Below are positions 1-6,004 of a stretch of 15,867 nucleotides of DNA, piece after piece (the stretch's first letter is position 1; every line of letters starts with the position of its first letter). Source of the DNA: Bacteriovoracia bacterium (GTDB lineage Bacteria; Bdellovibrionota; UBA1018; JBFWNL01); assembly GCA_050251055.1 (NCBI GenBank), contig JBFWNL010000017.1, positions 1-15,867 of the forward strand. Direction: 5' to 3'. The notes under the pieces are model-generated. The model worked only from the letters and a program-made list of their open reading frames with translations. It had not been told where the DNA came from and did no database searches. The translations under genes and the position numbers were made by a program.

Positions 1-340
1 CCGTAGATTCCACCGCCGACACCACCGAATGGGCCGCCGTACATGCCGCCGCCGAACGGACCAGCAAAGATTCCGCCGCCGATTCCGCCAAAGATTCCTC
101 CGCCGACACCGCCGCCGAACGGACCACCGTAGATTCCACCGCCGACACCACCGAATGGGCCGCCGTACATGCCGCCGCCGAATGGGCCGCCATATACGCC
201 ACCCATACCGCCGCCGAACGGACCACCGTAGATTCCACCGCCGACACCGCCGAACGGGCCGCCGTACATGCCGCCGCCGAATGGGCCACCAAACGTGCCG
301 AAGCCGCCACCGCCGCCCCAGCCGAAGCCGCCGCCACCAC
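1..340 (-). repeat. Intragenic Gly-rich coding repeat: 8 GPFGG units and three near-identical ~56-nt blocks
   Basis: The block ccgtagattccaccgccgacacc(a/g)ccgaa(t/c)gggccgccgtacatgccgccgccgaa starts at 1, 127 and 226. The offsets (126 and 99) are multiples of 3, and the block encodes FGGGMYGGPFGGVGGGIYG. Confidence 0.9.
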
Positions 341-1346
341 CGATTCCCGGAGGACCGCAAGGCACGCCGATCGTGGCACATTGGTTCAGGTAATCACCGT
401 ACATTCCAGAATACTTGCCCATCCACTTGGCTCCGAGCCAAGCGTTGAGACCCATGCCCACGCCGCCCATGATGGCGGGCAGGGCCGCGATCGCGTAGTC
501 GCCGAACTTCGGTTCGCGCGGCTTCATCGCTTCCATCAATTCACAGTTCGGGCAGTTCTTGCGGATTGAATTCAACTCCAACTGCGCCGCCTTGATTTCC
601 TCTTTAATGATTTCTAGCTCTTCTTCCGCGGCATCCGCGGCGTCGCAAGCTTCGTCGATCTTCATCGCCGCCTTGATGGACGGGCAGGCCTTCAAGCTCT
701 GCGCGCAGGCGCCAGAGATCCAGCTGATGTCATGCCCCTGGGCTTCGAAAAGCTGCACACAGGAAGCTTCCTGCTGACCGTCGGCACGCAGCTCGTCGAG
801 CTGGGCATCGGTAGTGATCCCGATACGGGCAAAGAGCGAGCGGGAGCAACCGCCGCTACCGACGCGAAGCTCTTCCATTACTAAGTTGTTATTGGCGTCC
901 ACCAGGTTTTCACGTTGATAAACCACGCGTCCACTGGCGTCGCGCACGGGCGCGTTACCGGCCATTTCCGGAACCAGTTGCCCGTCGGCGCCGCGTTTTT
1001 CTTGGGTCTTAGGAACGGATTTCGAAGGACGGCAGTCACAAGCCGAAGCCAAGTAGCCGTTCACGCCACCGGCCGGCTGCGCGACCGCGCGGCCGCGAGA
1101 TCCGCGACGGCTGCGGCTATCGCGGCTTCCACTCGTACGTCCGGAGGAGAGGCCACGGCATTCGCGATCCGACGTCTTTAGGGTTTTCTGGGCTTCGGCG
1201 CGATCCGCTTCCAATTCGTCCAACCGCTCTTGAATCGCAGCGATACGGGCGCCCGTTCCACCTTCCGCCAGGGCTCGGTTGCCTGGATCAAACACGAACA
1301 GGAACTGCGCGGCCATCGCCATCGAAATGATTTTCCGGAAATACAT
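1..1346 (-). CDS. Secreted/exported hypothetical protein with coiled coils, 12 Cys, a hydrophobic segment and a C-terminal Gly-rich (GPFGG) repeat; 3' end runs off the window (>=448 aa)
   Basis: Manual translation from ATG at 1346 (GAGG Shine-Dalgarno-like sequence upstream; alternative in-frame ATG at 1364) stays open to base 1: MYFRKIISMAMAAQFLFVFDPGNRALA-EGG...IAAIQERLDELEADRAEAQK...CPNC...YAIAALPAIMGGVGMGLNAWLGAKW...GGPFGGGMYGGPFGGVGGGIYG. Absent from the ORF track because no stop codon lies in the window. Confidence 0.9.
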   Translation of the reverse strand, partial: MYFRKIISMAMAAQFLFVFDPGNRALAEGGTGARIAAIQERLDELEADRAEAQKTLKTSDRECRGLSSGRTSGSRDSRSRRGSRGRAVAQPAGGVNGYLASACDCRPSKSVPKTQEKRGADGQLVPEMAGNAPVRDASGRVVYQRENLVDANNNLVMEELRVGSGGCSRSLFARIGITTDAQLDELRADGQQEASCVQLFEAQGHDISWISGACAQSLKACPSIKAAMKIDEACDAADAAEEELEIIKEEIKAAQLELNSIRKNCPNCELMEAMKPREPKFGDYAIAALPAIMGGVGMGLNAWLGAKWMGKYSGMYGDYLNQCATIGVPCGPPGIGGGGGFGWGGGGGFGTFGGPFGGGMYGGPFGGVGGGIYGGPFGGGMGGVYGGPFGGGMYGGPFGGVGGGIYGGPFGGGVGGGIFGGIGGGIFAGPFGGGMYGGPFGGVGGGIY

Positions 1347-1482
1347 GCCTTTTTCCTCTCTCATCACACTTCAGTCTTACGACTAAAATTCTCTCACCTC
1401 GTTTGAAACTTCTCCACTTTCCATTGGAGCCGGATCAAATCGAGTTCACTCAGCGAGCCTTAGAAAGCCTTCTCCATCAATT

Positions 1483-1510
1483 GGATCGGCGATTCGGTGC
1501 TCAAACTAAA
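1483..1510 (-). promoter_or_regulatory. Candidate sigma28/FliA-type promoter for the Gly-rich gene
   Basis: Minus strand reads TTTAGTTT-N12-GCCGATCC, against the consensus TAAAGTTT-N11-GCCGATAA; about 135 nt upstream of the ATG. Confidence 0.35.
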
Positions 1511-1620
1511 AGGAATTGCCTCTGAAGGCGAAGAAGAGGGGTCAAAAACTTGCCGGTCACGCGCCACTCCCACGGGGTACCACTACTTCATCACGCAGAT
1601 GCAACACTACTCTCCCCCAC

Positions 1621-1649
1621 AGGATGTGATTCTGTATGAAATTAGTCAA
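1621..1649 (-). promoter_or_regulatory. Candidate sigma70 promoter for the Gly-rich gene
   Basis: Minus strand reads TTGACT-N17-CATCCT, with a GTCA-N4-TGAC palindrome (1660-1671) just upstream. Confidence 0.4.
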
Positions 1650-1694
1650 GTATTATTTCGTCAAAAATGACACAGATCTAAGTACCTAAAAAGA

Positions 1695-1811
1695 TTACTT
1701 ATTCCTGGAACTCTTCACAGCTTCGCGCTTCTTTTTTTTGCGGTTTTTCAGGGCCGCCTGGCGCTTGCGCTGGATCATCTTGCGAGTAGAACGTTTTCTG
1801 CCTTTTCCCAT
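1695..1811 (-). CDS. 38-aa highly basic microprotein (candidate ribosome- or nucleic-acid-binding protein)
   Basis: ATG(1811)..TAA(1695) gives MGKGRKRSTRKMIQRKRQAALKNRKKKKREAVKSSRNK: 19 of 38 residues are K/R and only one is acidic. It is below the ORF-track size cutoff and has no clear Shine-Dalgarno sequence. Confidence 0.7.
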   Translation of the reverse strand: MGKGRKRSTRKMIQRKRQAALKNRKKKKREAVKSSRNK

Positions 1812-1841
1812 ACCCGCGTTGTCCGTGATTTCAGCAAATTA

Positions 1842-1863
1842 TTCAAGTCTTTAAGGACTTGAA
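1842..1863. promoter_or_regulatory. 22-bp palindrome between the divergent microprotein and CarD genes
   Basis: TTCAAGTC-TTTAAG-GACTTGAA has perfect 8-bp arms. Each arm supplies an outward-facing -35-like hexamer (TTGAAT on minus, TTGAAA on plus). Confidence 0.5.
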
Positions 1864-1997
1864 ACAATTGGGAAGAATGGGGACCAAGGCTGGTATTTTA
1901 AATGCCGCTCTGCTAGCCTTAGGGGGTTCCGGCATCCCGCATTACGCCGCCAGAGTACGCTAACGGATTAGAGTAACCAAGCTGCGAGGGTCAGACC

Positions 1998-2552
1998 ATG
2001 GAAGATACCAAAGAGAGAGGCGAGTTCGCCCCCGGAACCGAAGTCATTTACGGATTTCACGGTCGATGCTCAATCGAGGCCATTGAAAACCGCAACATCG
2101 GCGATCAGGCCATCCGTTTCTACAAACTTCAAGTCCAGAAACCCACGCTCTCGCGTTCCAAGAAATCGGACCCTGCCATTTGGCTGCCGGTCGATTCCGC
2201 GCGCAGACGCGGGCTGCGCATGCCGATGACCGTCGAAGCGGCGACTCAAATCTTCGCCATCTTGGGCAACCGCGAATACTATTTTTCCGTCGAGACCCCC
2301 TGGACGAAAATTCACTCCCAGCTCGAACAGACGATTTTCGAAGAGGGCGCCCTGGGCTTGGCCAAGGTCATGAGCTTTCTCTTCATCTTGAAGAGCCGTC
2401 AGATCGTGCCTTCTCCGGAAGTGATCCGTTTCAGCGAAATGATCCACAAGCAGCTCGTGCGCGAGTTAGCCGAAACCCTGCAGGATCAGATGAAGCCGAT
2501 CGAGGACAAGATCGCGTCCTTGCTCAAGAACAAGCTCAAGGCCGACCACTAA
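1998..2552 (+). CDS. carD: CarD/CdnL family transcriptional regulator (RNA-polymerase-interacting), divergent member
   Basis: The N-terminal CarD/TRCF-RID signature is present (FAPGTEVIYGFHGRCSIEAIE...FYKL...IWLPVDSARRRGLR). It is followed by a helical C-domain with a Trp at the expected wedge position (TPWTK) and ending LVRELA. GAGGG Shine-Dalgarno sequence upstream. Confidence 0.85.
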   Translation: MEDTKERGEFAPGTEVIYGFHGRCSIEAIENRNIGDQAIRFYKLQVQKPTLSRSKKSDPAIWLPVDSARRRGLRMPMTVEAATQIFAILGNREYYFSVETPWTKIHSQLEQTIFEEGALGLAKVMSFLFILKSRQIVPSPEVIRFSEMIHKQLVRELAETLQDQMKPIEDKIASLLKNKLKADH

Positions 2553-2567
2553 GCCGCCCCCCGAGTT

Positions 2568-3806
2568 ATGCGGTCGGAGCGTCGCGATTCTCTCGCTTAC
2601 ACCATCATTATAGTAGGTTTCGCTGCCGGCTTGCTCGGCGAGCGGCCCGTTTCCGCCGCGCCCAAGGCCACGGCAAAGCCTCCCGCAAAAGCAAGCCCCG
2701 CCAGCTCCCCCTCGCCGAACGAAACCACGCCGGCGCCCTCTTCCACCTTCGAGCGTAAAGGCACCCGCTGGGGGCTCCTTCCGATCGGCAACTACTCCAC
2801 CGACTTCGGCTTCACCTTTGGATTGCTCGCACGCCGCTTCGACTACGGGCAATCGGGCGTGCAACCGTTCGAGAACCTCACCACCTTTCAAGGGCAATAC
2901 GCCAGTGGCGGCGCGAAAGACTTCCTGCTCTCCTACGAGCAAACGAATATTTTCGGTTCTACCTGGCGTGGCGCCTTAGACCTTTATTACGCCCGCAACG
3001 AGTTCCGCAGCTACTTCGGCGTGGGCGACCACACCACGCTCCCGGCCACCTCGCCTGCGCCTAACTATTTCAGCTACGCGCACCAGATGGGTTACGTACA
3101 CGTGGCCGGAAGGAAAAAAATCTCCGAGCTCTTCGACCTAGAGCTCGGCGTTTCCGAAAACTTCTCGCTCTCGCACCCCGCGAGCAACGTTTCCAAGTTC
3201 GGAGAAGACTTTGGTCCCACGCCCGTGCGGGCGACCTATACCGCTTTTAATACGGGTCTCGTGATCGAACGACGTGATTCTGAATTTATCCCTTCCAAGG
3301 GCTATTTCGCCGCGGCTTCCGTCACCTTCACGCCGGGGTTTCTCGGTAACATCGACAGCTGGGCGCGTCTGAACGCCGTTTACAAGCGTTTCGATTCCTT
3401 CATCGATGACCGCTGGCTATATCTGGCGAGCGAGGTGAAGTTCGCGGCCGCGAGCGTGGACGCCCCCGTTCACGAAAAAGCCCGACTAGGTAGCTGGGGT
3501 ACGCTCCGCGGAATGGCGTACAACCGATACCTTTCCAATTTCTCGGGCAGCTTGCGTACCGAGCTCCGCACCCTACCCATTCGCTGGGAAATTTTCGGCT
3601 TACCCCTCAAAATCGGCGGCGGCATTTTCGCCGAAACGGGCAAGATCGGCGATAGCTTCGGCCGAATCTTCACCAATACCAATCACTTCGCCTGGGGCTT
3701 GACCGGCTTCGGCAGCTACTTCACGGACGACTTCGTCGGCAGCGCCGACCTAGGTTTCTACGACGGAAACACGGCTTTTTACATCCAGCTTGGTCATTCG
3801 ATTTGA
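2568..3806 (+). CDS. Omp85/BamA-TamA family outer-membrane beta-barrel protein without POTRA domains
   Basis: Signal peptide (..PVSA/A), then a Pro/Ala/Ser/Lys linker, then LPIGNYSTDFGFTFG as the first strands. Also present: ERRDSEFIPSKG (D.rD....P..G motif), LRGMAYNRY (VRGF/Y-lid equivalent) and C-terminal strand FYIQLGHSI. Confidence 0.85.
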   Translation: MRSERRDSLAYTIIIVGFAAGLLGERPVSAAPKATAKPPAKASPASSPSPNETTPAPSSTFERKGTRWGLLPIGNYSTDFGFTFGLLARRFDYGQSGVQPFENLTTFQGQYASGGAKDFLLSYEQTNIFGSTWRGALDLYYARNEFRSYFGVGDHTTLPATSPAPNYFSYAHQMGYVHVAGRKKISELFDLELGVSENFSLSHPASNVSKFGEDFGPTPVRATYTAFNTGLVIERRDSEFIPSKGYFAAASVTFTPGFLGNIDSWARLNAVYKRFDSFIDDRWLYLASEVKFAAASVDAPVHEKARLGSWGTLRGMAYNRYLSNFSGSLRTELRTLPIRWEIFGLPLKIGGGIFAETGKIGDSFGRIFTNTNHFAWGLTGFGSYFTDDFVGSADLGFYDGNTAFYIQLGHSI

Positions 3807-3817
3807 CCGCAAACCGT

Positions 3818-4837
3818 CTACGGGCGATCGTGTTCGTTGCCCGCACGCATCGTGCCCACGCGCGAGATCGCCTGGTGCAACTCTTCCACCGTCGTGACGG
3901 CCGGTAGACCAGCGGTTTGTTCCGTACCGTCCAGCAGCACGAGATACTCGAGCGTCGTCGGATACTCCGGATTCGCCTGCTGCAAGGCTTGCCACACTCC
4001 GCTCGGCAGCGCGGTCGAGGCGGACTGCGATCCGTTCAAACCGCCAATCTGTACGATCGTGACCCCACTGGCGATGCCGCCTTCATCTGGATTCTGAGCC
4101 AAGATGATCTCGGGCGCTTCGTCCACGGCATTCACGACGGCAACCGGTCCCGACGGCGGCGGCGGAGAGGAGAACAAAACCGAGCTAGTGGACTCTTCCG
4201 CTGGGTCTACCCGAAGGTTTCCATCAAACATCATGCGGAATTCACGAGGAGGCGGCGCTCCGCCTGCCAAACCGGTCGGAAGGAAAGGAACGCGTCCGTA
4301 GGGGCTCTGATTCGCCGATAGATTCAAAGTCCCATGCGAATTCGTGAGGGAAACCGCGTAAGCAGAGCCCTCCGGTTGCGCACACCCGTCTTGCAGGGAC
4401 AGCACGCCGTTAGTGAAGGAGCGTCCGGCGATGAGATTCACGTCGAAGGTCCCGACCAAGGCCGGTTGGCCCAAGCGGATCTCGGTGAGCTTGGGCGCCG
4501 GGAAGTCCACATGCACCACATCGTTACCGAGCCCCTCCGACACGCCACGATCTAGCCGCAACGAAGGCGCGCAAATCTTCATACTCACGGAGGCGGGCGG
4601 TGCGGGTTGATGAGGAGCAATTGCCAAAGCAGCTTGCGCGACGGGCGCCACTACATCACCGCGGAGGCCCGGCATATAAATCAAAGCCGCCGTGTGGATC
4701 GGCGCCCCCACGCGCGTGCCCCCCGACTGCACCGACGCGTCGCGATCACGGGTCGAAAGCGAGCAGCCCGCACCCGCGAGTGCCGCCAATATCAAAGCTA
4801 AATACGAACGCACCATCTGATTCGTAAACGGAGTCAT
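3818..4837 (-). CDS. Hypothetical lipoprotein (339 aa)
   Basis: N-terminus ..RSYLALILAALAGAG/C resembles a lipobox. The start overlaps the upstream stop (TAATG at 4835-4839) and has GAGGGG upstream. No recognisable domain. Confidence 0.7.
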   Translation of the reverse strand: MTPFTNQMVRSYLALILAALAGAGCSLSTRDRDASVQSGGTRVGAPIHTAALIYMPGLRGDVVAPVAQAALAIAPHQPAPPASVSMKICAPSLRLDRGVSEGLGNDVVHVDFPAPKLTEIRLGQPALVGTFDVNLIAGRSFTNGVLSLQDGCAQPEGSAYAVSLTNSHGTLNLSANQSPYGRVPFLPTGLAGGAPPPREFRMMFDGNLRVDPAEESTSSVLFSSPPPPSGPVAVVNAVDEAPEIILAQNPDEGGIASGVTIVQIGGLNGSQSASTALPSGVWQALQQANPEYPTTLEYLVLLDGTEQTAGLPAVTTVEELHQAISRVGTMRAGNEHDRP

Positions 4838-5703
4838 TAATTGCCCCCTCGTTTTTTTGGATCATCCGCCAACGGAAACGTGAAGAACCCGATGTGATAC
4901 ACCGAATCGCAGTCCTTCGCGTTTGCGTTCTTCCCCAACTGCTCCACCCGGTTGATGGCTTCATCCATGATTGCCTTGATTTTCAAGAAGTCGGCCTTCG
5001 GCACGGCCACCGTATACGACGTCATGTCGCGCTCTTCCGCCGTCATATTCTCGAGCGAATCGACGGCCAGCCCTAGCATCTGTTCGTGGTACTCGCGCAT
5101 CGCGATGCGGAACACGCCGCCCACGCAGTTTAGGCTCTTGTCCGGATGCTCGGCACGGCCGTCCGGCAAGAGCTTGATGTAACCCTGTTCATGCAAAAAC
5201 TTTAGCGCCTCCTCAATCTCACCCAGCGGAACATGTTTTTTCAGGTGCGACTGAATCCACTTCGCATCGGCGCGAAACTCCGGCAGGCCGGTCATTTCGC
5301 GGATCGCTACGTAGTACCAACGCGTGAGGTAGCGATGCACTTCCACTTCGTTCGGATTGAGCTTACGGTAGTAGCGGAACTTACGAATACGCTTGAGCGC
5401 CCCCAGCCGTTCGGCCTGTGAGCTCGATTCGCCGATCGTGCGTAGCTGTTTGAGGTAGTTCCCCTGCGGGCCGGTGAGCTTCAGCGCTGGGATCATTTTC
5501 TCGAGCGCCCTGTCGGTGAGGGGGCGCTTGCCTGAAAGCATCATGGATAGGTACGCGGGAGATACACCGACCTCCGCGCAGAACGAGCGCAGCGAGAAGC
5601 CCTTCTTGAGCGACTTCTGGTACTTCAGCCATGCCTGGAGGAACTCCCGATAGTCGTGGAAGCGAAAGATATTCGGGATTTCCGCTAAACGTTCCGTATC
5701 CAT
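4837..5703 (-). CDS. TIGR02147 family protein (N-terminal XRE-like HTH, DUF4423-type C-domain)
   Basis: Motifs typical of this Fibrobacter/Bdellovibrionota paralog family: IFRFHDYREFL, FSLRSFCAEVGVSPAYLSMMLSGKRPLT, WYYVAIREM, YHEQMLGLA, ERDMTSYTVAV, VYHIGFFTFPL. Confidence 0.9.
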   Translation of the reverse strand: MDTERLAEIPNIFRFHDYREFLQAWLKYQKSLKKGFSLRSFCAEVGVSPAYLSMMLSGKRPLTDRALEKMIPALKLTGPQGNYLKQLRTIGESSSQAERLGALKRIRKFRYYRKLNPNEVEVHRYLTRWYYVAIREMTGLPEFRADAKWIQSHLKKHVPLGEIEEALKFLHEQGYIKLLPDGRAEHPDKSLNCVGGVFRIAMREYHEQMLGLAVDSLENMTAEERDMTSYTVAVPKADFLKIKAIMDEAINRVEQLGKNANAKDCDSVYHIGFFTFPLADDPKKRGGN

Positions 5704-5733
5704 CTAACCCCTATTAACTGACTATTAAAGTAC

Positions 5734-5762
5734 ATTATTACATTTCGGATTTGCAGTGTCAA
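5734..5762 (-). promoter_or_regulatory. sigma70 promoter of the TIGR02147-lipoprotein operon
   Basis: Minus strand reads TTGACA-N17-AATAAT with TGn (extended -10) before the -10. It is 30 nt upstream of the ATG, and an AGGGG Shine-Dalgarno sequence follows. Confidence 0.65.
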
Positions 5763-5956
5763 CAAACTGACCTAATCCCTGTGAACAATTAGAAAAACTC
5801 CTATAGATTTTGTTTATAAATATCATAAAGATATATATACTATAAATTAAATTAATTTATTTTTTTTAAATTTTGAAGTTAATTTTTTACTTTTCTGCCC
5901 CGTTTAAAGTGCATCTGATCAGCAGAGGTGGGGGCACCCCCTCATGCCCACGCAAA

Positions 5957-5984
5957 TCAGGTTTTCCCCAGAAGTTCTCGATAA
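5957..5984 (+). promoter_or_regulatory. Candidate sigma28/FliA-type promoter for the peptidase-kinase gene
   Basis: TCAGGTTT-N12-CTCGATAA, ending 20 nt before GTG 6005; partial match to TAAAGTTT-N11-GCCGATAA. Confidence 0.35.
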
Positions 5985-6004
5985 GTCGGAAGAGGGGGAG
6001 TGAA

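Noticed and set aside
1-300. Repeats as a possible CRISPR array
   Set aside because: The repeats are in-frame codon repeats varying at synonymous positions, the intervening sequence is itself repeat-derived rather than unique spacers, and there are no cas genes.
29-448. Arg/His-rich repetitive 139-aa ORF on the plus strand (protamine-like)
   Set aside because: It is the antisense shadow of the GGC/GGT Gly codons in the real minus-strand gene, which has a Shine-Dalgarno sequence, signal peptide and coherent domain structure.
1695-1811. Naming the microprotein bTHX or bS22
   Set aside because: Only the MGKG start resembles bTHX (no GKI..G(S/T)YGK motif), and the bS22/COX24 KKRRKRM.K.K pattern is absent, so it is left unnamed.
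5873-6004. N-terminal 44 aa of the 1619-aa ORF as called from TTG 5873
   Set aside because: It begins in the AT-rich intergenic tract with no Shine-Dalgarno sequence. GTG 6005 has a strong one and places the signal peptide at the N-terminus.
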